The notes beneath the pieces were generated by a model, which worked only from the letters and a program-made list of their open reading frames with translations, had not been told where the DNA came from and did no database searches. The position numbers and the translations under genes were made by a program. Of a DNA stretch of 64,000 nt, positions 1 through 14,000 are shown piece after piece. The DNA is from Octopus sinensis (lineage: Eukaryota): positions 496,001 through 560,000 of the forward strand of contig NC_043004.1 of NCBI RefSeq assembly GCF_006345805.1, read 5' to 3'. How positions within the stretch are numbered: position 1 is the first letter of the stretch; each line of letters opens with the position of its first letter.

Positions 1-1491
1 ACAAAATGATAACATTGAAACAAACTACTCCTTAGTTTGTAATATTAATACGGCTAAAACATTTTGTCATATTAAAACAATTTCATTGTAAAGAAATGAA
101 AGAGTTTTTGTTAAGAAATTCCTTTAATAAAACCTTTCAATAAAACAAAAATTAAAAAAAAAAGATGTGATGACTATTTTATTTATTTTTCCCTCCTTTA
201 CTTGTAAATACGTTAACACAGCCCACGTGTTGTAAAGATAGAGTAAAAATTCCACTGCTGATAGCGAAGAAGGGTTTATTTATTTGTTTTTTTCCCTCTT
301 TTCTAGTAGCTACTACAGACAGAATAGTGTTTCTATAAGTTATGTCTTAAACGTGGAGAGGGAAATGTCAAAATAATTGAAAAAGCCGACCTGAAAAGTA
401 ATAACAAAATAAATGTCAAGTTTTATTATAAGTTGTTCTTTTCCTTAATGACGGGGTTTTAATCTAATTAATAAGCACAGTATTAATGATTTTTAAAAAA
501 TTGTTTTGAAATATTAAATAAAATTATATAATGGCAATCCACATTAAAAGTAATGATAATGCGATTAATACTCCCGCTTTCCTTTTAGCACCTAAACTAT
601 TACCCCACACCCCCTACATCACTACCAACAAGCAACATCGAGACAATCTCTACGTGATCCAATCCGCTAGAAATAGCAGTTAAAACTCCATCAAAATGTT
701 CTACATGCACAGAACAGAAAGGACATAGTTTACTACTCAACATGTGGTCACGATTGGACAGCTTTTTGATCATAGGCAAGCGCTGAAAGCAATGGGTTGC
801 TACTCTGAGATACCCCGTTTCTAGGGACTCAACGGTTAATCTATGAATGCTAAGGCTCGCCGTCAGTAAGTTAATACTAAAGGACCAAGTGCATAACTTC
901 GGTCAGGCGAGGGCCTACAATGATGTTAAAAAAGGTCCTGTTTATAAGCTGCTCAATCTTCGCTGAGCTGGGGTTAAACAAGGGCAACACAAAAAGTATC
1001 AACACTAACGCCAATTAAAATAATACTAATATAGACTATCTGAACCTTTATTGTTTAAATACTTGTAACATGATTTTGCGAATAAACGGTGAGGAATATC
1101 ATGTTACCTCTCTGGAATTTATCAAATTCTCAACTAATATTGACGTATGCATGCGTGAATTTATGTATGTACATATTACCCGCACAAATACACACACATA
1201 CATATGTATGTGTGTGTTTATGTTTGTATACATGTTTTATGGGTACGTCTGTTCTGCCAAATAAAAAAATAACCCTCGAAAAATAAACATGCGATAACTA
1301 ACTCCACAAAACTACCACAATTATTTTCGATTAGCAGAACAAAATGATATTCAAAGAATGCGAGTCACCAGATTTTGTTTAAAGTATGCAACAACACACA
1401 CATAACATGTACGTATGTATTATGTATGTATCTATGTATGTATATATGCATGTATGTATGTGTGTGTGTATGTATGTATCTATCTATGTAA

Positions 1492-1532
<41 letters not shown>

Positions 1533-1689
1533 CACACACACCTCCATACATACATATAAAATAATAAACAAAAATAAGAATGCAGTGACGGCGGCGGTGT
1601 TGTTATTAATGCTGATTATGTTATAGAAACGGGCACATGTATTAAAATATTTTCTCTAATTTCGAGATGGTGTGTTTTCTGTCGACCAT

Positions 1690-1860
1690 TCATCTTTTAG
1701 CGTGAGCCGCTAAGCCCCGCCTACTTTCGAATCAGGCGATCGCTATGATTGACGTACGCATTGAGCAGCGGCGGCTTTTGTAGTAAGTAGTAAAAACGTT
1801 GACAAGTGCGAGTCAATTTCACTCGAGCCAGGGTCAACTTCGCTTCGGGAACGGAATTTG
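1690..1860 (+). promoter_or_regulatory. CpG-rich putative promoter / 5' region of LDLRAP1
   Basis: Local CpG enrichment in AT-rich DNA, a GC-box-like CCCCGCCT near 1715 and TGACGTA near 1749, 100-270 bp upstream of the ATG at 1962. Confidence 0.5.
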
Positions 1861-1961
1861 CACGTTTCCCCTCTTACTTTACCCTGAACAACAAACACTG
1901 TAAAAAGTATTTATTTTTCTTCTTAACCATTTAAACACTACTTAAAATACCATCTCAGAGA

Positions 1962-2028
1962 ATGGATGTATTATTTAGAGTCGTACGCCGAAGCCCTACC
2001 GTCTTCAGCTCCTTCAAAAGACATCACA
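1962..2028 (+). CDS. LDLRAP1: LDLRAP1 exon 1 (MDVLFRVVRRSPTVFSSFKRHH)
   Basis: ATG at 1962, donor CA|GTAAGT at 2029, phase 1 matches exon 2. Confidence 0.82.
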
Positions 2029-5000
2029 GTAAGTGGTTTTCCTCTTCTTATTTTTTTTAAATAAGCATCATTCATTTATTGTCAGTATTGTATTGATAAA
2101 AGATGTTGATATATTATCAGTTTATCTACTAAAACATGCTGCAGCAGACTCGACTAGCGAACAAGAATTACACCCGGGAAAATTCTGCATTTACAATTAT
2201 GACTGATTATTTTGACATCTCAAATTATACTAATTTAAACTTGTTAATTTCCTTTGATGCAGTTTTAAAGTAATTATATCCTTTATATACAACTTTTGAC
2301 ATTGTTAATGTAAAAGCTACGTGTAGAGATGCCGGCCGCATTATCTCCTTAATACCTACACCTACGCTGCTTCGCCGGTGGCCTGATGTCGTACGATATT
2401 CCAGCTACGAATCAGAACATGTTTTCTGACAGCAATTAAGAACAATTTCCCAGTTATGTTTTTTCTTTCTAATTTATATTTATTTAATCGTTCAGTTATG
2501 AAAGCCTTCAGCAGAAACCAATGACATTAGCTTGTTATTTGATGAATTCGGGGGAAACAAAACTACTTGTAAGCATCGAAATTAACTCCTTGAAGAAGAG
2601 AGGCAGGGTGGAAAGGATATATGTAGATGTTTCCATATATGTGTGTGTTTGTGTATATATATATATATTTATGTATGTGTGTGTGTGTGTGTGTAATGTA
2701 TTTCTTTGTGAGACTGCATAACTGCTGGCGCCGGTTTTCCTCCCTGCGATCTACTAAAAATAGCAACTAAATTTCCCTCAAATCACACCCTACATGCTTT
2801 AAACTTCCTCTCTAACACGTACAGCTTAAACAACATCTAATAGAAATAAAAGACTTGGATATTTACCACTAAAAACATCTTTCAATTTTGAATCTACTCA
2901 AAAGCTGACATAGCACTAAACAAGACCCTTATTTTCTGGTTTAAGCTAATGTTCAAACATGGAAATTAAAAAAAAATGAAGACAAGCAATCTGCAAAGTA
3001 TACATGCATATAATGTATAAATATATGTGTGTATATGCATGCATATTATCTGTATACATGTTGTAATAAATATGCATACATCTGGCGAATGCATTTGCTC
3101 GCAACCTTGTAGCCAGTGTCAAATTGTATCGCTCAGCACCGACAACTGTCCTTTACTGATATTTAGAAAATAAAGCTTATTTGATAATGATATTAAAAAT
3201 GTAAAGCATCGCTCCTAATAATAATTTCCATAGTAAATCGTTTTTAGTTTCGTTATAACCGACTTAACAAGGTGTGGTTGAGTTATTTAACTGGAATGCT
3301 GTCTGAGTCGAAAAAGAGAGGCACTGACTATGAGGAAGAACGTTTCAGCCGCAACATCAGCCGATGCTACTTATGCAGGGGAACCCAAGTGGCGTGATCG
3401 GCTGACATTGAAATACTCTCTCCCCCCTCACTAGCTTCATTCTCTTTCTTTTTCAGTCTCCTTCTCTCTTCATTCTCTTTCTTTTTCACTGTCTTCCTCC
3501 CTCCCTCTCTCTCTCTTACACACTAATTACTTCTAGACACGAAAGCCGACAAAATCGGTGCTTGTAACAAGTTTTTAATTTATATTTTTACTCCTTTATT
3601 TTGGAGTTTGGTCACTCTGTATTCAAACTTTCGGTGATATATTAAATTAAATCTTTACTTATATATATAAGAAAATATGTTTAATATAACCGAAAATATA
3701 TATCGTCAATGCTCTGTTTCTTGTAGGGTTAATTAAAATGTGCAGCAAAACAGTTAACTATACTAAAGACAATAATTTAAATGTACAAATATACATATGT
3801 ATGTCTGTGTTTATATATATATATGCATACACACGCTATATTTCAAAAAAAAAACTGCTACTACATATGTTTGTGTGAAATAATTTATGTTCAAAATGTT
3901 CTTGGGAAAGGCATGAACATTACAAAACTTCTTCAATGTAAAGAAATTATCCCCTGTTTAGCGATTAAGACTTCAGGTGACCGAGAAGAGAGAACTTGCA
4001 TTATACTTCAGTAACTTGCATCGGTTGCGAGTTCAGATTCCGTTTGTGTTTATCTGTTAGCTTGTCATGGACTCTTGGAGCAGATCCTGTTCAAAAGGAA
4101 ATTAACAGTTGTTGACATGTAATTACCAAACAATGGTATTTACATTGCTTTGCTTTCAGCGTCAACATAATAGAAACATTACTATAGAAGGAAGCAGACG
4201 CCTTTAAAACTGCCATGTAACGTAAGACCTCAGGTATTTCCACGCCAAAAATATCTCATTAGTGCCCACCTGTGGGAGTGAGATGGAAGTATGTTCACTG
4301 GCACTGCGCTGGCTTTTATTGTTAAAAAGTCACTGCAAATTATAAGGTACTGATAAAAAATAAATTTTAAAAGTTCTTATACACAAGCAAGTGGTAGTTT
4401 CTCGGTGTGCCAATTTTGCATCTGGTTTCAATTCTAAGCTGGAGTTAATTTATTCCTACCTCGCAAAGTATGAATGTCACAGCAACTATTCCTCTTCGTA
4501 ATTTATGGACATTATATATCTGGGGTTATTTGCTTTGAATTAAAAATTTTTAGGATAAAAAAAAATTATTTCCAACATAGCATCTAATAATATCCTTTCA
4601 TCTTGCACACAACCTTACAGGAAACATTTATGTGGCCGTTGAACCCGCCAGAAATAACAGCCAAGTTACATTCAAATCGTATCTTGGAGCAAAAGGGAAG
4701 GATATCTATGTATTCCTCTTCACTAACTGCTGGCCTGGGGCTGAATAACTTAACGTTAAACTAAATACGTGGTTACTCGATATGCTAGAAATAACAACTA
4801 AATCTCCTTCAAACCACACCCTACTTTTGACAATGTAGTTTCCTGATAATCAAGGTTCGCTTGCTTTTGATCATTAGTTTACCGACTAAACAATAATTTA
4901 GAGATTAAAATGCTTACTTTATTCCTAATTTATTTCTGGTAATAGATTTTCCCTCTAATGTATAATGTCATTGTTTTTCAGCCACAGGTGAGTCCTGATC

Positions 5001-8000
5001 AAGTAGAACCGTTGTCATAAGTAATAACACCGTGATCATCCTTATTGTTTTGGACCATAGTACCTAGGACTACATTATTTAATGTGTTCTTTTTACTATA
5101 GGAAACTGTTATGTCAAAGTATTTTGGCTGCTATTTCTAGCAAGTCGAGCGACCCTGTAGACGCGTTTTTGTTATGTTGTATACGTTACTAATGCAATTG
5201 AAAAAATATATAGTCAAGTCACTATTTATTTACTACGAAAATCTACTCAATTAATGAAAACATTTCTTTATAATTAAATCCAGCCGGTATCTTTTAAAAG
5301 CTGACAGGGTTAGGATAGTAGTCCATTGTTAAGGAGATTTGACTGTTATTTCTAGCGAGTTGGGGAACCCGTAGTAGCTCTGTTGTAATTTTTTTTTTTA
5401 ATTAAGTCGATTTAATTTCTACCAAAGTGTAGTTAACGAAAACAATTTCTTCACAATTAAAGCGGACCGGTGCCTCATAATTGCTGACCGGGTCATTTCA
5501 ATAGTAGTTAAGTTCATTACATAGCAACGACATTATTAAGGTGTGTATTCAATAACGCTGATCAGGTGACTTGGCGCGTTGCTTTCCCCGCCTGTCATTG
5601 GTCAATTACCAACATCACGCCACTATTTCATTATCATATAGCTACGAACAATACTTGAAAAGTTACGTGTTTTTTCCCCTTCAATAAACTAATCTGTCGA
5701 CTTATCAGTATGTTTAGAAATTCAGGATTCTAAATTTTTAGCGTAAATTGAGGAGGAAAACCCGTCATTTAATCTCCAACAGCCTTTTGATTATTATTAT
5801 TATTGTGATATCAGTGATGATTGTGGGAGCTCAGAATCGGTGGCTGGCTCTGTAGAGCGGGACTATCTTTGTGTGTTGGGTGCAGATGTACCTAAACTGC
5901 ATCTAATAACGTTCAAGAATTTCACAAGGTGCCCCCCCTCCATTAAATAAATAAAGCTGTAAAATATCGGTTATGACAAGGGTTTTCTTAATAAATACGC
6001 TCCTTACATTTGATAAATATTAAATGTATACTGCGCCTGTTAGTGTGTGTGAGAGTATGTATATATGAAATCAATTAAGATAGCTTGATTGTTAATTAGA
6101 AAGAAATTAGATTTCTGTTTAACCACGTATGGTACTATAAAGAGATTAATTTTAAAACATCATCAAAGGCAGATGTGTTGTAATAATTAATATATTGATA
6201 TTAAATTTCATTTATCCTAATTAACAATGTTATTTAATTTTGAAGTCATTTATATTGACAATAATATGAATTAACTAAAAAGAAAACCTCATTAAATTTT
6301 AATCAAAGCCTATATTAATTGCATAATAGCTGCAGAAATGATAAGCGCTTATAATAATAGTTCAAGAACGTTCTCCACGCTGAGAACCCCCGCTGAAATT
6401 ATTTGTAGCTGATACCTTTGCTACTTATTAAATTCCAAGTGCGCGTGATTCAAGCAAGCCATGAATACCACACAATAGCAGTATTTCTCCTTACTTAGAG
6501 ATCCTACGTTTGTACCTCTGTATCAGAAATCAATATGATAATAATAATACTGCTGTATCATTGATATTGTCACGAGTTCTTTTGGCTGCCTCACTAGCAG
6601 ATTCTAGATGATTTCATGCTCGGTTGATTATCTTGTTGGATAATCTAGTTACTTCAATTTACTCAACCCTGCCCTATTCTATAAATACCTTTTATGCCTT
6701 CAGTTACATTTCAGTTAAGGCGCGAGAAATAGGGAGTGAGGATGAAATATTTGAACGATATTTTGTATTGTGTTTACCTCCACACCCACTACTAATTAAT
6801 ACTGTTGCTTAAAATAAATGTAGGTTATCTATTAAAAATATAGATAGATACTAATATTAGATGTCTTGTAAAATAAATATAAATACTCCTGGAGATATTC
6901 GAATTCCTGTGATTAATAATTATGATCTTAATATTTGTCGCAAAGCAACAAAAATACATTTACAATACAGTATTCGATATATATAAGCATGAAAATCAAA
7001 TTTCACTGGCTTATATGTAAAGAAAAGGCTTATAAGATCTCCACTCCCCAAAAATATCAAATTAGTTACCTTATGAATGGAAGGAAGTATGTAACGATAG
7101 AATATCTGTATACCAAAGACTTTATTCAATGAATAATGCTACAGTTTTATAAGTATTTCAGATGGTTTTATAGGAACCATAAATATGATAGTGTTGAGTA
7201 ACAAGGTTCCTATTCCTGCTTTGAAAGGAGAGCTGAGAATGTTATTGAGCTTTCGAACTGAATCAACAATTTGTTCGCTCTGATTTCGCAACTTCAACTT
7301 TTTCAGTTGGAGATGTCGGGCAAATTTGTCATTGCGTTCCAAAAGCTGATTTTCATTCCTACACATAAATAGGTAAAATAGCAAAAAAGGTAGAAACACA
7401 CATATCAACTGGAGAACAGTATTTAAGAAGAAATTATCAAGCGGCGGGTCACTCATTGGTAGTATCTGAGAGCAGAGATTAGATGAGGTGAAGCATTCCA
7501 GAAAAAGCATCTTTACAATTAAGACTGTTTGAGATTGTCATGTTTTGCACAATTCCTTGTTTTAGAACATTTCTCTGTGCCACAGACAGTAATTAAAGGA
7601 TAAATCAAACCATGAAAAAGAACAAAAAGAGTAAAATTATAAAATTTATTAGAAGTGCTAGTCATTTACTGTATAGAAACCCAATGGTTTTTTTTTTTCA
7701 ACTTCCGTTTTGGAAGTAGGAAGTTTAAGAAGACTCAGTTTATCAGGATTAGGTGGGGTTTTTTAGTGGTCTTGCATGCATTAACCATTTTGCTAAAAAC
7801 ACCCTTTTCTAAATGAAAGTGACATTCAAATCTTTGATAGATTGATAGAAATGCCTGCAAATTTCTGCCATGATCTTCCACCGAGTTAGAGGACATAAGA
7901 ATGTCTAAATAATAGTAGGTAGGTTATACAAGATTATTTCTATGAGAATATTTGGTTTATCATTAGCTGAAATCGTGCCGCAGTATTCACAATACCAAAT

Positions 8001-11000
8001 GGAAATCTCGTATACATAAAACAGATTGGGACGATCTTCAATCGACTGAAACAGTTGATATATTTCGTTATGAACTCACTAAAATAGAAAGTATACCATG
8101 AACTCATCAATAATTGGCACTGGAAAAGCATAAAGGAAACCGTAATTGTTATATCAATGACAAGGCATCGGTTGGGATTTGTTTTATTAGTCTGTCAACG
8201 ATGCTTCTTAGATCACTTTACTTTTTGTCTAACGAACTTACAAGCAATACCATCAAGTAGGTGTAGTAATAGGCTTTGAAGAAAGTAACAGGTGGGAAGC
8301 TTTAGACAAGTAAATTTGACAACTTTGAAGAAGCTGCTGGGACATGAAGCCACTTTTGCTCATCTGAGCTGAGAGTCTGGAATAATAAACTAACAATGAC
8401 TGCTGTTTATAACAACTTACAAGCATATCGAATGTCAATTTCACATATTCCTGTAATTCGGGAAACCAAGCTGTGTTGACGTCAACTAAACAATTCCACT
8501 TACAATATCAACTTTGGTAAAGTTGTCAGTACCTCCACTGTCGACAGAAGTTTCCATTGGTTGATAGTTAATTATAATATTAACGAGTACCCGAAACAGT
8601 AGTGTGTTTAATAAAGATGGAAAATTAATGTTGAAGATGGGTTTTCTTACCTGATGTGGCTTCCAGGTTGTTAATTACATTATTTGCACATCTGAGAAAA
8701 ATAGTTGCAACACTTGTTATGTTTTGCTGAACATTTTCTGTGGGCCTCTAGCCCACTATTTCTCGTATGGAGATGCTAAAACAACATCCTGTTCAGTCTT
8801 CTGTATTTTAACAGGTCATCATTATTCAGAAATAAACCCCATTCATTGTCGCTCTGATCTGAAACTGCATTTTTCAGTCGGGAGTTGAAAGGCTTGAAGA
8901 AATTGATGTAGAGATTCAGTCAGCTGTTGTTTTCCAGTTGGCTTAAACCTTTGTCACTAGTTTGATTTGATGTAGACAACACTTTACGTAATTAATCGCA
9001 ACAAGTAACAGTCCGAAGTTTACGAGTTGTGTCGAAGTCAGGAATACCAGCAAAATGTTTTTTTCAAACGTACGTAAAACGCACGATAATTAGTGAAAGG
9101 AATTGTATTAATTCTTTTGAGGCATTCATCGAAATCCTTATTTGATTCCCTGAATAAACTGTCATAAGAGATTCATACACTAAAATCAACAAATCCTGCG
9201 AGACAGCTCAACGTCAGGTTTAAATAATGGAGAGCACTCGCCCATCACGTGACACACCAGTCATTCAAAAGATGTGGACTCGCAACAAAACGTTTTTATT
9301 AAATTAAACATGTTTTAAAACTTAATCTGAAACGTGAAATCAGCTTTAAGAATCTTCAAACCTTAAAACTAGTCTCCTCTCCAACCCAGATAATTAAATG
9401 CTAAGAGTTTTGCTCAATAAATACAATCGTAACAGTAAGTAGAAATTCAAGGAATTACAATATTTGATGTTGCAATTCTCGTTAAAAAAAAAAAAAACCT
9501 CTGCAGGTCTTGTGACCCTTGAAGCTACTCTAGATTAATATATATACAAATAGATCTACTTTGTAGTAGAGGAGAGAAAGAACACCCAGTTGTTGGAGAA
9601 AGTATACTTGTAAGGAAATAATAGGCAGGTAGCATTGTTCAAAAACCGCACCCCTTGGTAAATACTGTCAATAAGAATTTGACATAAATTCTTTAAGCTT
9701 TAGTGTAAGTGCAGAAAATAGAATTTACTTAGCTTTTTTCTCTCCATTTAATTTTTTTTTCTATTTTATTTTAAACAGGTTTCTAAATCTTTAATTCAAA
9801 AATTATTCTTTATAAGTAGCAGTTGCTATTATTCATATACTAGAATGGATTTATTATTTTGGTAGCTTTTCTTGTCTAAAATGTTTTTGTTTTTTTTTAT
9901 ATGGTGCAAATAATATTGATATAAAGTAGTGTATTTTATGTGCCATCATAATCTACAATTGATTGGAATCACACCATAATTCTTGAAAATATGCAAAATG
10001 TTAAATTTCAGAAATTCTACAGGTTCTGAAAAACATTCTGACATTGACTGTAAAAATCCTATGTATTGCTTTCCAAGAAGTTTAGTATAAAGTGTTTATC
10101 TATTTATATTTTCTCTTACAGAATTACATGATAAATGGGGTGAAAATCTAGATACTGTGAATGATGGATTGACATTCTACCTGAAATATCTCGGTTCCAC
10201 TTTGGTAGAAGAAATTTCTGAAGGAGAAAGTTATGGTGATGGCATCAGTACGAAAGCAATTCAACGAGTTATTGCCATGGTAAGCAATATTATACATGTT
10301 ACTTTTCTAACAAATCTACCTGGCCTGGGTTAATTTATTCCCCTCAAATAAAATATATTCCAGTTATAGAATTCACTTAACTATTTTCTTGTCAATCAAT
10401 TTAGCTTTTTGCCTCAGTGATTTAGTTTCACAGATACATGCTCTTAAAATTTGTTAACTAGGGACACTGTAATTTAAGTGAGAATCTTCATCAGATGAAC
10501 TGGGGATAAACAATTATTCCAGTATTTGCAGCCATATATAATATGGTCTACATTTAAATTTCTTCACTTTGTCTATACAGTATACCTTAATCCTTAAAAA
10601 AAAATTGTATAAAATTAGAACCTTTAACTAAAGTCTACTGATTTTGAAAATCAAGTGCTCTTTATAAAATTTAAATTGACATTTCAGTTTCGAAAAATGA
10701 TTTATTTTTTTAACCTACTTTTACCACACTTTATGAAAATATGGTAGTTTGGAATGCCAAGCCATATAATAAAAGTACCTGGGATTTCATAGTTGTATTC
10801 AAGTAACAATTTATTTATAGTTTAAAACCACTTTTTCTGCTCTAAAATATGGGCAGTAGATTAGTAGATTGGGTGGATTAAGATTTAATATTGAAAGTTG
10901 TCGAGAAAGTTTTAAAAGCTTTGTTCTTGAAGGAAAATTTTTTTTAAATTTCGATCCCTGATTGATGATAATTAAATAATTTATTGCACTAAACTTTTTT

Positions 11001-14000
11001 TTTTATCTCTTCACAGGAAAAAAATTCCGGCAAGAAATGGAGAAAAGTGGCATTGAATGTATCTTCACAAGGCATTAAAATGTATGATATGGTTACCAAA
11101 GAAATGTTGTTGGATGTTTGTATATACAGGATATCTTTCTGTACAGCTGACAGACATCATGAAAGAGTGTTTGCATTTATTGCTCGCAACACAATCAATG
11201 AAACTATGGAATGTTACGTCTACGTCTGCCCGAAAAGGAAAATTGTAAGTATACAAAATGACACTAGCTGTATTTATATACTAACTTAATAGTTGTTTTA
11301 AATCTGGTATAACTTGACTCTAAAATATGACCACTAGTCTAATCATGTTTAATTGTCTTCCTTAAAATAGATATCTTATTTAATTTGCATTTGTAATTTG
11401 AATATTTAATCTGTGTTTTTACTAAAATGCTCTTGTATAACAATTACATGGGAGAAACTAAACGATGAAAAATAGTTTCTAAAAAATATATTCACTCCAT
11501 CATACTGTAGTGAAAATAACTTATCTAATAAGAATTCGTAGAAGAATCGTCTCCCTTTAATTTTGTTGCTCTCTTTGAAAAGGATTAAACATGTAGCATA
11601 TCCTTTTACTTGATTAGCACTTGAATTTTTTTTTCTTTCGTTTTTGCCAATTTTTTAAAGTGATGTAATTAACTTTTGTTTCAGGCTCATGATGTAACGT
11701 TAACGGTATCACAGTCATTTAGTATTGCGGAATATCTTGAATTAGAAGAAGAGCAAGAAGAACGACGGAAAGCAGAAAAAGAAGACAATAGAATCGTAAG
11801 TTTTACAATCGTTTCTAATAATGAATGTTTTGGTGGGTTTCCTTAGATTATTCAATCTATGAGCAGTTTTAAAAATAGCACTAGAATAATTTAAAGTCTA
11901 CTTAATTTAATATTAACGGACGCCAATGTATTGTTAGCTCAGCAGTTGCTGCACTGCTTTACTCTCTCTCACCTGACACATTCTGATATCGTACCTTGAT
12001 AATTTATGTGGGCTGAGATGAAATAGATATTAAAGCTAATGATTTCTGGTTCTTTTTAAAGAACTAGAATCAGTCACTTTGAAGGCATTTTGAAGTGGTG
12101 TAGTATTTGTTTGCAGCTCAACTTCATATTGTGTAGATTGATAGTATTTAAATAAACACTAGAACCCTACAGAATTCTTTGTGCCAACTTTGCATGTTGT
12201 GTAATAATCATTATCTTATTTTGGAGGGCTTGATATATAAATAGATTTGCAATACACTATCAATTTGAACATATTGGGGTTTTTTCTCCAGCTTCTGAAG
12301 TTTTCTTTAATCTGACCACTTGAAGTGCCTTCTACTCTCAAGTCATGACATGTAAATAAATATTCATAACTAGCTATTAGTCATGTTGTTGTTTAGATAT
12401 GCAAACCCTTTCAGTTCTTTTAGAATATAAATATTTATATTAATTTCAAATGTTGGCAGAAGGCTGGTAATTTCAGAGGAGGGTTAAGTCAATTACATCA
12501 ACCCCAGTGTTTAACTGGTACTAATTTTATTGATGAAGGGCAAAGTTGACTGTGGCGGAATTTGAACTCAGAACATAAGAACAAATGAAATATTGCCAAG
12601 CATTTTTCCCAGCACACTAACAATCTGCCAGCTCACTACCTTAGAATGTATATATATATATATATTACCATCAGAAAATAGCAAATGGTACAGATTTTTA
12701 ATTAGTTTTTGGATTGTGAAGAACTGATAGGTTTTTACATGGAATGTTATTCAAGTTTATAGTTTTCATCTTAATAATGTTTTTTTTTTTTTTTGCAGTA
12801 TGCTAGTGACCTTATAGAAATTCCTGAGGATGACTTGATGCCTTCTTACCGACGTAAACTCTCTGATTCTGTTACAAGTAGTGATGCTTCCACGCCTATG
12901 AACTTATCTCCACCATCTAATTCACCCTGTATTAACCTGGTAAGAACAGAATTATATATTTATATTTTATAGCAAAACTATATACGTCTTAGTGGTAAGA
13001 GTGTTGGACTCGTGATAGTAAGGTTGTGAGTTCGATTCCTGGACTGGGTGATGCATTGTGTTCCTCCTGTCCACTCAGCTGGTAAAAAGGTGTGATACTG
13101 TGATGGACTGATGTCCCATCCAGGGAGGAATTATATGCAGCAGAAAAACCAAGAGGCCATGTACAGAGTAATGTGAACTAACTATATATTTATATCAGGG
13201 CTGTGGAATCAGACTTGGAAACAGTTATGGAGTAGCTAGAGTCAGTCAATAAAACTGTATCAACTCTGACTCCCAGTATCTTTATTCTTTAATATAAACC
13301 AGTTATAAGATATAGGCCTACTCAAAGTACAAGCTTATGCATGTGCTTTATGAGATATGTAGACCACAATCACTTAATTACATAAAGAGGAGTCAGGGGT
13401 GCCAATAGTACAGGAGTCTGAGTCAAAGTTTTTTTGTTTTGACTCCACAACCCTTATTTATATATGTAGTTATAATATTCATATATTATAACAAATTGTT
13501 ATAAACCATGCCAAATCAGTTTGGAACCTGGTCTAGCTTACCAGTTCTGTCAAACTGTGGACGTTCAATGGTGACAAAGATGATGATAGTACACAATTTC
13601 ATATTTACTTAGTGAATTCTTTGTGTAACGCTTTCGTTTCACCTTGAGAACCCAAACTGTTGATTATATACATTCAGCCTAACCTTTTACAAGCTAACCA
13701 TTCACAGGTGGTTTTTAACTTAGGATGAGCAGAGCTGCAACACCTTACTGTTATGCTCAGTTTCTGAGACCCCAATTCTCAAAGTGGGTGAACTTATATT
13801 GGAAACAACCATTTAACATTTCAAAGTAGCTTGAGCTTACATTAAAATAATCATTGCTGGTCTTAAAAGTCCTTCATGTTATGCTTTTACTTTTCTTGAT
13901 AAAAATAATACCTACTTAAACCAGAAACTAATTGATAGGATATGAAACCATAAAGTATTTTACTTCCACCAAAATATTTATGCAACTCTGAATTTGCAAA

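Noticed and set aside
8700-8930. Idea that A-to-I editing rescues TGA/TAG stops to Trp in the nested gene
   Set aside because: TAA stops and frameshifts occur in the same block, which editing cannot repair. Ordinary pseudogenisation is simpler.
11047-11289. ORF-track 80-aa protein starting at an alternative start codon
   Set aside because: It is LDLRAP1 exon 3 read through into the intron, not a separate gene.
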